From contig NC_089430.1 in assembly GCF_026210795.1 (NCBI RefSeq), positions 4,402,001 to 4,466,000 of the forward strand: a DNA stretch of 64,000 bases. The letters are read 5' to 3'. A program made the translations under genes and the position numbers. The first letter of the stretch is position 1. Each line of letters starts with the position of its first letter. The notes under the pieces were generated by a model. That model had not been told where the DNA came from, did no database searches, and was given only the letters and a program-made list of their open reading frames with translations. This DNA is from Rhizophagus irregularis (Eukaryota). Positions 47,935 to 62,538 of the stretch are shown piece after piece.

Positions 47935-48270
47935 TTAAATTTTTTATTATCTTTCCTTTTTTATCTATTCTCACCCACCCTATTCCTCTATTATTATTTT
48001 TTAACGAAGCATCTGCATAAAAATTTAATCATTCATCAAACAACTCCTTTTCCTCCACACATATTTCATTTATTACTTTAATTCTTTTGCCTAATATCAT
48101 TAATTCTGCTCTTTCATATTTCATCAAGTAAATATTTTAATCATATTTATTTCATCCTTCATTATTAATATAAAAACCTTATAACTCCATATTTCTTCTT
48201 ACTAATTTCGTAAAATTTTCTTTTATCATCATACCTTCTATGTCTTTAATTTTCTCTGTTCTTTGAACCA
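47935..48270 (-). mobile_element. Retroelement RNase H remnant
   Basis: The minus strand encodes LNFYADASLKNNNRGIGWVRID, resembling the first RNase H motif (F/Y-T-D-G-S...G-x-G-W). Stops occur upstream. Confidence 0.4.
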
Positions 48271-50677
48271 AAATAAAACAACAAAACAAAACAAATAATA
48301 GATAAGAGTATTCTCTCTTTCTTGTTTTTTCTATTAATTTTTTCTAAAAAGTATGACAACTTATGAAACTAATGTTAATAATAATGATTAAGAAGAAGTT
48401 GATGGCATTCTGAAACTTCAAAGGATAATTATTCCTCTTCGACTTTTCTTTTGTTAATGAGATGAAAAAAATCAGTTTTGAGGATAATAAAGTAGTCTTC
48501 TAAACGTAACAAACGTCACAGTTTTAAGTATGTTTAATCCTAAGAAGGATGTTGAAGGAAAAAAGAGAAATCATAAATTCTGAGGGTTGGTTCGTTCTCT
48601 ATCGGGAATCTTTAGCAAAAATAGGGATAACAATAAACGTAATAATAACAACTCCGTCCTACTTCTCGTACTCCTTCTAATAGTGATACATTAAAAATTA
48701 GACGTGATTTCATTTTCTTTCCTGATGATACTGAAAAACTTGAAGAAAATCCTACTTCAAGAAAGGATGGAGTGTCAACATAAAAAATTCAAATGGTGCA
48801 TTAGATGAATAGAATGGGTATGCGGGCCAGGCCGATGATGTGGCGCAGACTGTACCAACAGATCTGGTAATCTAACCAATGAAACTTCGTATCGCTTTAT
48901 GAGCACAATATTCTTTATCTGAAACATTTTCGGCGTAGCCTGTCACACGTCACACATTACGGGTATGCAGTCTGCACCCCTTTTTTTAAACAATAACAGT
49001 TAGTAATTCCTTATAAAAATTTTAGTAAATTAGTAGTTTAGTACAGTGCGGTAATACAACTTATTAGTACGGACGCTCAAAAAAAAATTTCATTTTTTCC
49101 GCACTCTTTAACGTACTAATAATTTACATTGTAACAACATGTGATCAAATTTGAAAAAAGACTTTTACTGTATTTTTTGGCAATAAAAAATAATCAGTCA
49201 ACATTTTCTTTCTCGACCAAAGAAATGATTTGTCTTTTTTCTAAGTTTTTTAAAGTTATTTTTATTATTATTCTTTCTCTTCCATTATTTTTGCTTTTCA
49301 TTCCCTTGGGCAGTAGTTATTTTTCCATTATCACACTTAACTCGAAAAGTTCCTTTATTGTACTCTGGGTTTGAAATAAACCTTAATTTTGGTCGGCAAA
49401 CTCATAAGTGTACGAAAATTCAAGGTTGTTCGTACGAAATTTAAATTGTACGAAAATATTTTTAAATTTTCGTACACAGCGGGATTTAATTAGTAACATT
49501 CGGTATACCGGATTTTTTTTTTTATGCTAAAATCGGTACCGCACAATAAATACGTTTTAGCGAGTTTGTAGAGTGTAGATCATAATAAAAAAGTGTGCTC
49601 TTTAAATAATTTATATCGAATTTTTTTTCTTTTTAACTTTTATTAAACATCTTACAATAAGATTTTTAAATGACATATACGATAATAAAGCTTATAAAAA
49701 ATGAGTTTATCTATTTGCATAAAATTTTTTTAAAAAAAATACATGGAAGGGAAAAAAATCAATAGGCTACCAGTACTTTATTTTTCTCAATTTAATATGT
49801 AAACTTTAAATTCGAAAAAATTGAAATTGTGTACTGTATTTACAGTACGTACGGAAGCCATTGAAAATTTCCGGAGATTGTAATTCAGTGGTTTGTAATG
49901 AAGTAATGAAAGTATGGGCCGGAATCGAGTATTCGTTTTTGTCGAAAGTTTAAAGTTCTTATTTATTTTACGAGTAATTTACGATTTGTATATATAATAA
50001 TATATGTTTTTTTTTTTATTTTTCTGTTAAAATTTAAACCATTTTGCAGTACAACGACAATTTAATCACTACGCTACAAATTTTGATTTAAGCAGCGACC
50101 AATTTTGGCCCATTTTTAATAGCCACTGTTAACAAAAAAATTTTCGAAAAAGTTAAAGAAAAAGGAAATTGTTACAATTTGCAATTTATAATTTACTCAT
50201 GTTACACTAAGAATTTCTGTATAGAAACTAATTACTTGGAATTGATCCAGTTACATATCGACACTGGTGTAGCCGTGTAGCACAGTAAATAAACCGAATA
50301 TTCTTCAGACCTTCTTAATGGAAGGCAATAAAAAAAAAATTTTTTTTCTTCTAAATCATCTAATCCAAAATAAGTTACTTTTCGGTACAAAATTGGGGCG
50401 TATAAATCTTATTTTATCCGCCTCTTACAACCATTTCCTTTTACACTTTCGCTTTGTTTATTTTCCAATCGCAATTACATGCATCTGAACTATAATTTGT
50501 GACGGACTTTACCTAGTACGTAGTACAATGTAATAAGTATATATCCGAATATTCTTAAAACAATAAACGCATTAATAATTATTTGTAAATACTAAAAAAA
50601 TAAAAAAAAAAATTATTTGTAAATAGAATATAAATATCGCTATCGTAATTATTATAATTTTACTAAAATATAACATA

Positions 50678-53255
50678 ATGGAACTTACAAATGAAAATAA
50701 CTTTGACCCAACGCCAGAATTAAACTCTAGTCCCGTACCAATTTTATTTATTCCCTTTAATAATGAAAAACTCAAATGTAATAATTGTGGAAATAAATAT
50801 TCTAATACACAATTATATAAACAGAAATATTGTAAAAAATGTTTATTATCGTACATTGAAAATATAATGGACAATAACATATATTTTGATGTAAATATTC
50901 TTACAAATAATAGTCAGTGTATTGAACATGAGTCAACAAGAAATATAAATTTTTTTACAAGAAAAATTCAAGAATGGTGCAAAAATTGTTCTGAAATTTC
51001 ATATTTTAAGAATTATTATGATCATATTAATACTAAAACGCAATATATATTTATAGAAAAGGATTGTAAATTATGCGGAAAATTAATTGATAAGATATCT
51101 TTCGGGTTTAAAATGTGCTCGAATTGCTACTTAATTTCTTCTGGGTGGACAAAATCAAATTTTACTAATAGGTCTATTCCAATTCTTTATTTACCATGGT
51201 GGGACGCTTCTAATAAAAGTAGTGTTTGTAACCATAATCTAAAATTTATAACCGATTGTCAAAAATGGTGTTCAGATTGCTTCATAGTTTACGTAGGGTG
51301 TAGATACTGTTTGACAACAAACATAATTTTTGGAATTACCGATCAAACTCAATGTAAGAAATGCAAAAGAATATCAAATATAGTTATCGATATCACAAAT
51401 ATTAGCAGTGGAAATCATAATATAGATGAATTTCTTATTTCTACAAGAACCAACATCGATAGTCATCATAAGATTGCTAATTATATGAATGATATAGATA
51501 AAAATTCTGATCCTTTAAACGTGTATCGTTTCATTGAACATGAACTCAAAATTAGTACAAAACGAACAATGGAGTGGATTCCATATTCTCAAATTAAAAA
51601 TTCAGAAAAAATAGCAGAAGGGGGATTTGGAATCATTTATAAAGCAACTTGGTTCAAAACTCTTGCTGCCGTAAAAAGATTTTCAAATTCGCACGATATC
51701 AGTAAATATTTTTTAAATGAAGTAAGTTAAGTTATTTTATAATATTTGTATATTACATTTTATTTTAATAAATTAAAATTATAATTTTAGTTAAAATCAC
51801 TCCATCGATGTTATGACACGCTTTTTATTATCAAATATTATGGTATTACGCAAGATCCTGCAATAAAAGATTATATGTTAATAATGGAATATGCGAGTGG
51901 TGGAAATTTACACAATTACTTGAGGAAAAATTTCGCAAATATTAAATGGATCACAAAATTGGCTATTTTATGTCAAATTTCAGATGGGTATTTATATATA
52001 ATTTTATTATAACTTTATTGTAAATAATTATGTAATATAATAATATTAAACTAAATTATTTAATACTTTTTATTCTAGACTTAAGACTATTCACAATGAA
52101 AATTTTATACATCGAGACTTCCATAGTGGGAATATATTATCGTTAAAAGACGATCATAAAAAGTGGGTAATTGGAGATTTAGGATTGTCACAACCAGCAA
52201 ATAATTCATCGAATAATGAAATATATGGGGTAGTGCCTTATGTCGCACCGGAAATATTTCGAGGTGGCGCATTTTCTAAAGAATCTGATATATATAGTAT
52301 GGGTATGATTATGTGGGAACTTACGTCAGGTTGTAGGCCTTTTTCTAAAGTTGAACATGATACAGAACTGGTTTTGAAGATTATTGATGGTAAAAGACCT
52401 GATATTACGATTGATACTCCTGAGACTTTTGCTAATTTAATGAAAAGATGTTGGGATTCTGATTCATCAAAAAGACCCTCCATAATTGAAATTAAAGAAA
52501 CCGTCGATAATTGGTATAATAAATGTAAAAAAAATGATGAGATATTTACTAAAGCCGAAAATAAACGATTAGAATTAGTAGAATCGAAACAAATTGGTCC
52601 CGAAAAACAACATCCTGGCGTTGTTTATAATAGTCAATCTTTAAATTCTTTCATTTTTCAAGTTTCATCTTCTAATTCGTCTTTAACAAATTCGAAGCAA
52701 AGTATGTAATTTATTTTTATATATTTTATTTATTTACTTATTTTTTTAACGAAATTAATTGTCGATAATTTATTTGCTTTTCTTTATAGCAAATACTTCG
52801 GAAGAGTTTGATATATATAATACTAAATGGTACTTATTAATTACAAACAAAAATTGTTTATTTTAATTTTCAGTTATTAATTTATTTATTAATTAATAGT
52901 AAACTCGGACCAGCTGATTTTAAACCCTCAAAATCTTTGCCTATTAATACATTATCTGGTATGTACTAATAAAAAGAAATTCTTAATTTATGTACTAAGT
53001 TTATTTTTTATTTATAGGATATAAATCAACAGATTTAGATTTTGATATTGATAAAAGTACCCAAAGGTTAGTATAAATTCAAGAATTTTCTTTTTTAAAA
53101 TTAAAATATTTGTCAATAATAACGACATACTATTGGTTTGTAGGTTATCTACAATGGATATAAATTCTATAAGCCATAATATTTCGCATTCCAATGTAAT
53201 TTATGCTAGTAGACCATTAAGTGTACTTATTTCAAATATAAAGAATGATAGTTAA
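50678..53255 (+). CDS. TKL-type protein kinase with a long Cys-rich N-terminus; exons 50678-51721, 51791-51987, 52079-52701 plus about four short 3' exons
   Basis: IAEGGFGIIY, AAVKRF, HRDFHSGN, DLGL, YVAPE and DIYSMG are joined in frame by introns 51722-51790 and 51988-52078. Candidate small exons at ~52790-52828, ~52900-52957, ~53018-53066 and 53144-53255 are less certain. Confidence 0.9.
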
Positions 53256-54762
53256 ATACGGTTTAACTTTAGTATAAAAATAGAATACTGTTGTAAAATG
53301 TTTTAAACATAATGCTTTATTTAAATGTTTATTCACCCGTTAATACTTTTGAAATAAATATTACTTGAATTAAAAAATGTAACATGATTGTTTTATTGGC
53401 ATGAGCGTAATAATTGAAATTTAGCCATTTTAGAGAATAAATTGTCGCAATGCTTTGATAAAAAATATTTTTAATAATGCCATTTGTCAGGGATTTATCG
53501 TACGATCGTACGTGCACTCCACCTAGCGTGTAGAATCATAGGCCCTATTCTTACGTGAAAAATTGATATTTCTGTTACTTGATAGTTACTGAAATCGGTG
53601 TACTCCATTCTATTGACTCGAGTATTTTTTCCGGGGACCACTTCGATGGCATGATGTCACGAACTTTGGTTGCATATCATGTGACCAGTGATGATCTTTT
53701 GCATGGAACTTTCTTTTTTGTAGCGAATGGTTTTACCGGCGGTTTGTCGTTCTTTTGTGGTTGAGGTTTTTTTCAAATTTAGACTTCTTTTATGTTACTT
53801 GCCTTTAGAAGGTCGTCCGGGATGAATCTGATTTGTTCTCTGTTTTCCGTGGCTTTGCTGCGCCACATTATCTTCTCTTTATCGTCGGTGTATGTTTACA
53901 TACCCTAACAGCGAAGTGTAGGACCATGAAAAGTTAGAAGCATGTGCGTAAACAGCAGACTTTATACCAAATTTTTGTTTAAGAGGTCTTAATAGTTTTT
54001 GATAAAGTCATGAAATTTTGTAAATAAAAAAAAATCTCAATAAACAGATTAAAGAAAAATTATTTTATCCTTTTTTTTGCTGCGGATTTTTAGAATTTAC
54101 TGTTAGCACTCAATAACGTGACGATCTCATAAGTCACGAAATTTTTTGTGTAGACTTTATATTTGTCACGCTTTAAATTTAAAAATCCAATCAAAGAATT
54201 TTTTTGTGACATTAAAATCATTATAATTCAAAGCAAATACAAAAAAATATAAAATTAAGTCAATTTATTTGTATTTTGCTTTTTGTTGAGTTGTTAAACA
54301 TTCGTGATAGAGATCATCACGCTCCGAACTCAACAAAATATACCTCTCTTAATATAAAAATTCATCTGGAATAATATTTCCACTTTAGACGTCTTACCTA
54401 AAATTGGTGTCCGAATAGTTTTATATCTTGAACAGCTTATAAATAAAAAACCCGATAAATTATTTTTATAATTTTGTGCTATTATAAAAATAAAATTATA
54501 ATAGTTAACTTAATTTGAAGAAATTCAAATTAACATTGGAGTTTTGAGACTATTTCTACTTCATAAGTATTTCGAAACCTAAGAAATGGATCAAATTATG
54601 AACAATATACTAGTTTACTATTTTGTCACGAGTGCATACCGTAATCATCTGGATAGTATATGGTTGCAATATAATAGCTAACTTGGCTTTGTAAAAATAC
54701 AAAAAAAAAATAATTATTCATTCATATAATCGCACGCCACTTTGTTTTTTTTTAAATAAAAA

Positions 54763-54900
54763 ATGACATCACTTTTTTATTCCAATTTTTCAAAAAGACT
54801 TTTACTTAATACTAGATAATTCTGATGATTACAATATCATCATTATCCATGTTGGTGAAAACGATTATGCACACTCAGCTATTTTACATTCTCGTTCATA
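54763..54900 (+). pseudogene. 5' fragment of a BTB gene paralogue
   Basis: MTSLF..LILDNSDDYNI..HVGEN..AHSAILHSRS, similar to exon 1 of 26846-28343, frameshifted and truncated. Confidence 0.7.
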
Positions 54901-55509
54901 TTGGCAATCATGATATTTATAAAAGATTTTACCTACAGAAGAAAAAATTTTTGATATAGAGTTAGAAACTTTTACTGTAACCAAACTATAATTTGTTTAA
55001 TCGAATTTACATAAAATATATAATTTATAATTGTTAAAATGTGCTGTTGAAAAGTTCTGATATACTGAACATAATTTTTTACCAAAATTTTTGAGTTAAT
55101 TCGAGAAAAAAAGTGTAGAAAATATGAATATAAAATTTTGTTACCCAGCGGTTTTAATGCGGCATGTTAATTGTGATTGTAGTTCTAAAGTTATTGAGAA
55201 AAAGCGATACGAATATCTGATTTTTTAATTACTTGTTTAGACAAGACCAAAAATATACATAAAAAGGACAAGTTCTTTTTTTTGTGCAGTGCATAATTTT
55301 ATTTCTAGTTCTATAATAAATATAGTACCGGGTATGCATTATGCTTGCAAATATTAGATTTATGGGCGTATTATCACATCTCACGAAGTTATTCAAGTAC
55401 ATTCTTTTTGTACAGACTTCTTACTATTAGCAAAAAAAAGTTATGAAAAAATCACAGAATTGATTTCTTTTCTTTATTAAATCTTTAAATCTTTTATTAG
55501 TAATTACCT

Positions 55510-56900
55510 TAAATGATTCCTTGTAGGTTAAGGACAATCCGTTAAGAACATTTGAAGTCAAAAGTGGCAGAATTTACATATTCATGCCAATAGATCTGAT
55601 TGTGCATAATACGATAGATACGTTCTCTGAGTATTCCTTTAAGATTCGTTACCTCTAATCGGTGTTATTTCTTTACATTACAAATTGATGGTATCATCCT
55701 GCTCTGTTGCGGATACCAGCTGGATAAACGGATCGATAGAAAATCCATCCTAAACACATATGTAGTATATGTATAACATTAATAAGTGGTAGCAATGATA
55801 AATAAACATAATCAACAAATGATCATTAGTAAATTACTTTAACTTCAGCATCCATCCACATGATCTTTTCATGAATCTTATCTTCTGTATCTGATTGTGA
55901 TCGTATTTCAAAGTTCGGAACTATTGCTAGAAATTCTTCCTCTCAATCGACATTTGACAACGTGTTCCATCTGCAATAATAACAATAACAATTAGAAAAA
56001 AGTTCCAAAAATGTAAAAAATTTTCACATGTATAATATTCAGAAACCTAGCATCAAGCATGACAGAGATTGAACAGGAAGATTGGGCATTGGTAAAGTCC
56101 AACCGGTCTACAGTATTACTAATAAACAACTTGCACATAATAAAAAAAAAAATTAAATCTTACAAACAAAATAATAACTATAAAGAAATTGAAAAAATTT
56201 TGAAAGATATGATAGTCCACCATGGTTTTAGAAGTTCATCAGAGCAAAAAAAAAAGAAACAAAAGAATCTCAGAAAAGCTCATCCAGCGGCATCACCTTT
56301 TTTAAAAAAAGTTAAATAAAATTGAAACATAATAATCAATATTGGTTACATTAAAATTCATACATTATAATTATCTATTTTTTAATTGCTATCCAATGAT
56401 TTTGAATTAGCTGATTCTTGATATGCAGTTGTATAATAAATATATGTTAATTGGTGGTTTCTTTTTGTAATATAAAAAAAAAGCTTATTCATTGAGAATA
56501 CTGATAATCCTTTAAGTCAGAGGTTAAATTCAATAAGTTACTAATTCATAAAACATTAGTATAATTCTAAATACATACCTGTTGTACCCAATTGCTGAAT
56601 AACCTTCGATCACTTTCTTACGGCTAGCTGTTAATTGCTTGTCTTGGATGAGGATACCTGTTGTACCCATGAGATAGCGAAACATGCGAAATTGCTAATC
56701 AGCTGCTTCATTATGAACCATCAGCAATTTCTTTATGATATCGCTATGAGTATCTTTAACTTCATTACAGACTACTTTTTAGAAGGTGACCATGTTATTA
56801 TGGACGTCAGTTATCTCATTTTCGAACATTATTAGTCATGTCATTACAGACGCTATTAAATTCATTCTTGACCTCTTTTTTGGAAGTTAGACTTATAAAC
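55510..56900 (-). other. Possible degraded multi-exon gene remnant
   Basis: GC-richer blocks bounded by CTTAC/CATAC/ATTAC and CTA/CTG (minus-strand splice sites); no intact frame or family recognised. Confidence 0.25.
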
Positions 56901-57544
56901 ACTAGTGATTTCATTATTAATATTAGTAATTTTCACTTATAAGAAAAATTCAATATAACATAATTAAAAATGATAATTTACATATGGAATGTGTGCAAGT
57001 CATTTAACATATTTCTACATAATACGAAACATTAAAAACAATTTGAAAGTAATTTTTTTTTTTAGAAATTTTCTTTAATTTTATAATAGTAGAAAAAAAT
57101 TTAGAGAAAAAAAAAGAATTTTTGGGAGTTTAATAAAAATTTATCATACTATTGATTTATTAATCAAACTCACTCTTTAGATGGACGAAATTAGAAATGG
57201 CAAAGTTAAAATAATTATTTAGACTATTGTTATTCAAGTTTATCATAATTGTATTTAAGGGATAAATTTTTTCTCACACATGTAAATTGCATTTTGAATC
57301 ATCCTAAATTTATTTTGTTTTATTTCCCTTTTTAGGAAGAAAAAATGTTTTTTTCTAAAAATATCATATAATGTGAATTTTATTGTTCTCCTTAAAGTAC
57401 AAAGATCTTTGCTTAAAAAGATTTACAGACTACATTTGTAATACTTTCTTGTATAATTAATTCACTTTAAATTTTATTTTAAGTTTTGAATTGAATCAAA
57501 ATATAGTCGTACCAAATTAATCAATCTTTTATTTTTTAATAGTA

Positions 57545-58433
57545 TTGTGCACTACATCCCTTGGAGAACGATAAAAGTGGCGATCCTGATGAAAAGTGTG
57601 CACCATGCACTAAATATATTATTTTAAAATATTGCCTTATTATTCTAAAAAAAGAGGTTTTGATTTAATTCCATGACTCATTTATGAATAATTTTATTTT
57701 ATTAATAAAAAAGGCTAGGTGAAATGGAAAATTTTTTTTCCGAAAAAGAAACGGAGGAAACAAGGAAGAAATTACGTGAACTAACTTCTGGTGATGATGA
57801 TTATTTAAAGAAAAATTTGGTAAATTTACCTTTAGATAGTTTTGATAATTCATTTTGATTTATATTAGAACGACTAGATAATTTAAATAGAGATTGCAAG
57901 GGTAAGAAAACCCGTGGATCAGAAATTTATTTCTGAAATACATTTCGAGACATAATTTGAGTATTATATAAACAATATGGTTCGAAAAAATAGTATTTAA
58001 ATTCTTAACTTTGGATAAGACTTTATAGTCACTAGATCAAAGATTTATGAAAGCCACAAAGAATCTGAGTTTGCATCGTACTGGCGTACTGACCATACCA
58101 TGTATCTGCAGTTACCGTACGTGCATTACTGCTTATAGGAATAGGCTTTCAATAATTTTTTTCGGAATCTTTTCTCGTGTATGGTTAGTATAGAGTTCTC
58201 ATTCCTCTCTTCCCCCTGTTTTTACTTTCGTGTCTAATCCCTTTGTTCGTTCACTGCTATGGCGACTAGTTCTCCATTATCAAGTCATTCCAACGAAGGG
58301 TGGGTCTGCCTGTTAGATTTTGTACATTTAGTTTAGATCAATATTCTTTATGTCTAGTTTCTACGCGTAATGTTTTAGTATCTCTCTAGTGTGTCTTCCT
58401 TTCTGAAGTAAAAATAAAAATAAATAAAATAAA
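57545..58433 (+). mobile_element. Possible 5'-truncated non-LTR retrotransposon 3' end
   Basis: Degraded coding-like block, then a pyrimidine-rich UTR-like block ending in the A-rich tail AAAAATAAAAATAAATAAAATAAA. No diagnostic motif. Confidence 0.3.
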
Positions 58434-59269
58434 TTTTCAGAATCTTTTTTTTTAATTTAGATTTAATTTTTTATTACCTGATCCAATATGAATCATATTT
58501 TATTCAACTAGGACACGTAACGTAATTTAAACAAAAGAGGAGTAAATGAAAAGAATTCACTAAGAACTAATATTATATCGGAACAAAAAAGACCATCAAA
58601 TCATGTGCCTGTATTAAATTATATATTTTGTTTCATTGTTTAAAATTTTTTATTGCTCTTCTTAAAAATGATTTTTATTTACTAGTTATATTAAGAAAAC
58701 ATTTATAATTGTCATTCAATGTATATTAGTTAAATAATATGAATATTATTTTAATTTATTGATAAATCAATTAAAAAATCAATCAAAACTTATAATATTA
58801 AAATTGATGAAGAATATAATTTACTATCTGAATATCCAAAATATTAGAAAAATTATAATCAAAAATTTTAGCATCAATCAATTCTGAATTACTGTCAGTT
58901 TATATTTATTTGAATTCATTAATTAATTCTAATTTTAAAATTCCTACTTTAATAAACTTATAATATCATTATCATATAATTGAAAGGATTTTATATAGAA
59001 ATCATTGCTTAAATTCAAATTTTAAAAATTTCTTCAATGTGCTAGTCTTAAGAATGTTATTATGGAAAAAACTTTGCACAATAATTTAGTGTTAAAAAAT
59101 AAGATATATCAAATTATTCATTTAGTTATGTTTATATGAAATCAATTTAATAAATTAATAACGTGAACAAACCAATTTATGACTTATACTATTTGTTGCT
59201 GACTTAGCCAAGTCTTTAAAAAACTTGTTGTCACCTGATCACCACGTTGAGGTGCAGCAACATTGATCA

Positions 59270-59812
59270 GGGGGGTAAGGGAAAAAGGAAAAGCGAAGGG
59301 GAAAGGGTAAAACGAAAGAAACGGGAAGCGAAGGGAAGGGGAAAGGGTAAAACGAAAGAAACGGGAAGCGAAGGGAAGGGGAAAGGGGAAAACGAAAGGG
59401 AAAGGGAAAAACGAAGGGAAAAGGGGAAAAGGGGAAAACGAAAGGGAAAAGGGAAAAACGAAGGGAAAAGGGGAAAACGAAAGGGAAAGGGAAAACGAAG
59501 GGGAAGGGAAAACGAAAGGGAAAGGGAATACGAAAGGGAAAGGGGAATACGAAGGGAAAGGGGAATACGAAAGGGAAAAGGGAAAACGAGGGAAACGAAA
59601 GGGAAAGGGGAAAACGAAAGGGAAAGGGGAATACGAAAGGGAAAGGGGAATACGAAAGGGAAGGGGGAAAACGAAAGGGAAAAGGGGAAAACGAAAGGGA
59701 AAGGGGAAAACGAAGGGAAAAGGGGAAAACGAAGGGAAAAGGGGAAAACGAAAGGGAAAGGGAAAACGGGAAAACGAAAGTGAAAGAAAAAAAAGAGAGA
59801 GGGGAAGGAAAG
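59270..59812 (+). repeat. Polypurine minisatellite, unit approximately GGGAAAGGGGAA(A/T)ACGAAA
   Basis: Roughly 25 variable copies anchored on ACGAA; almost purely purine on the + strand. Confidence 0.95.
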
Positions 59813-60839
59813 AGCAAGGAAATACTGTACACAACATAGACACCTCCCACACACAAACCCACACACAAACCTACACATAACCCAATTACCTAAAGTCCTA
59901 AGAATAAAGAGGAGACCTAGACAGAAAGAGGACAGGCCTAAAAAAAGATGAAGACTTAAAAAAAAGAAGACAAAGGACAAAGTAAAAAAAAAAGATAAAG
60001 AAAAACTGACATATTTATTTAGATTATATACTCATGAGTCATGACAAAACCCACATCAAGATTTGTGTTACATGACATAAGGAATTATTATGCATGAGTA
60101 ATTTTTTTCGCGTAACTTTTATTCATATGACTGATATTAGTAATTACATTAATTATAGTCCGAAGTGCTGTTCATTAACAAAAAAGGTGTATAATCAAAA
60201 AGGAAAATGCAGGGGTGAATAGATGAAAAAAAGGAATAATACATGGGCTAACTATCAAATCGTCTAGTGCATAACAATAGAATGTCCTAAAGATTTTTTA
60301 ATGTACTGTATTATTTAAAATCGTAGCTAATAAATACTTTAGTATTATTTCTAGTACTATTTTAATAACTCAAGTATAAGAATTATAATATTTGAAACTT
60401 AAGCGAAGTACGTACTAGTGTTATTTAAAATCCTTTAATGTAGTAATGTTACGATATTATTTGTCATAGTTTTACCATCATTATTTAAATTCATGATTAC
60501 TTAATATAGACATCGAGTTTATTAATATAGAAATCGAGTTTATATTTGAAAAGAAAAAGTAAAAATAAGATAAAATAAATACAGAGATCACTTAACTGAC
60601 AAATTTTTACGTAAGAATTTGAATTATACCACTTCAGATATTTAACTATATAATATCTTTAAGGAAGAATACGAGGCGAACTTTTTTTTTTTGAAATTTA
60701 ATAAACAAAAGTTTTAAGTGAACCTATAATGATTCTTTTATTGACAAAGAGTGATAACATTCCATGAAGCATTTCAAGGAACGCAAAAAAGCTTTTATAT
60801 TATGTGATTTATTACACCGTAAAATAACGTACAATTATA

Positions 60840-62099
60840 TTATTAATAAATTTCATCAATAGTATAAACTACTTCTGTATTTAAAATACATACTACTATC
60901 AAGTATACTTTATTAATTATTATACAACTTATTTTCATATATCGAGTTCTTAACCAAATGTAATAATAAAGTTATCTGATTAATGATAATTGGTAACATC
61001 TTAATCATTTAATGTTTTAAAGTTTAAACCCATTAGAATCATATCCATCAAAGATTCTTTTGCTTTAATTAAAACTATACTCTCTACGCGACTACTTCAT
61101 TCACCTCATTTATTTTTATATATTATCAATTCCATAATAACTACCATGATAATATTATTAATGGATCAATTTTACGAGAAAGCATACATTGAATTTTTTA
61201 TATTAGGTCTTATATTTTGCAAAATAATATTTGATACAATTTTTTCAAATCCTTTAATTTTTCGTGGATTTAATTATAAGTAATGACCTTGTAAGAACGT
61301 ACTTATCATAAAAATCTTCGCGAGAAATTTAACAAGTTGAATAAGGGGAATAAATTGACTTGAAGTCTTCTTTAATTCTTCATAATTTTTTTTATTCCAT
61401 TTTGTTCTATCACTGTTCTCACTCTCAATACCTGAAGTTTGTTTGATGCACCATTTAATTAGGTAAGTCTAGAAAGAATTTCCTCGTCCGTCTATCGAAA
61501 GATAATTAATAAATGGCAACGAATTTTTGCAAATATATTCGAAACAATAATCATTTAATTTGCATCTATCAAATATAAATATTGCATGAAGAACGAGAAA
61601 CAAATTATCGTAAATCCAATCAGCCTTAATTAATTAATCTTGAATAATGTCCAAATATAATCTCTTCAAGAAGTAATTCATCGAGTGAAACTAATAAATC
61701 AAGAATGTTTTTACCGATTGCTTAGTTAAATCAAGTTCACCAGTGTAAATGTAAAAAAATGTATTTATATGCAATTTGAATTAAATAAAAAAAAATTCTT
61801 TGAAAAAAAAAAAATTAAATAATCCTTACTTAAAATCATTATTGCCGTTTTGATTTTGCGAGATTGTCATGTGATTTTGTATTGTGAAAGTGAATTACTT
61901 TTTTTTACATGAATTTTTAATATTTTTACACCAGATTTTTTTTTTGTGAATCATTTTTTTTTTGTCATTTTGCTAGCAAAAAGAACCCTTTTTTTAATTA
62001 TGAAGAGCGGGCACGTAAAATAACGAAATTCTTTTGTATTTTGATTTTCACCAACTTGAATTATAACGTTGTAATCATTGAAAGATTAGTTAATGTCAT
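60840..62099 (-). pseudogene. BTB-BACK-TLDc pseudogene, paralogue of 26846-28343
   Basis: 61713-61749 nearly matches 27974-28009 (CCGATTGCTTAGTTAAATCAAGTTCAC). Degraded ILRARSS, DELLLEE, IKWCIKQT and FDGYDS segments with many indels. Confidence 0.85.
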
Positions 62100-62538
62100 T
62101 TTTTTTTTAAAAACAAAAAAAAAAGACTTTCTAATCAATTAGCCATTAGGTTACATGGCACGAAGTTTATAATTATATCAATTTTGTGCGACATATAATA
62201 ACGTAATAAGTATATAAATAAAACACGTTTAAGAAAGTAATAAGAATGTAAAGATATGAAAATTACTTAAATTACTTTACATCCACAAATAAATTGGTCT
62301 TAATGAATCATTGAAATTATTGAGTCATCGGAGTATTTTCTTCATTTTACGATCACGTGATATGTTTTCCGGGAATATCGATTAATCAAATTTGTAAAAC
62401 AATTTGGCGCAGTAACAGGGTCGCACATTGTTTGTTACAATGCATAAATTAGAATTTTTTTAACAATCCCATGGAAAAATTTTCTTCGTTAAAAAAATTT
62501 CGTTATTTATTATTCATTATTATAAATTAAATTTGTGA

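Noticed and set aside
53579..53900. GC-richer block with a minus-strand GRP motif, possibly a transposase tail
   Set aside because: Too short and degraded to assign.
59184..59980. Four long Phe/Pro- or Lys/Gly-rich ORFs
   Set aside because: They are open only because the minisatellite lacks stop codons.
59229..60077. Solo LTR or TIR element suggested by TGTCA...TGACA around the minisatellite; also a telomere reading
   Set aside because: No target duplication or extended inverted repeat, and no TTAGGG units.
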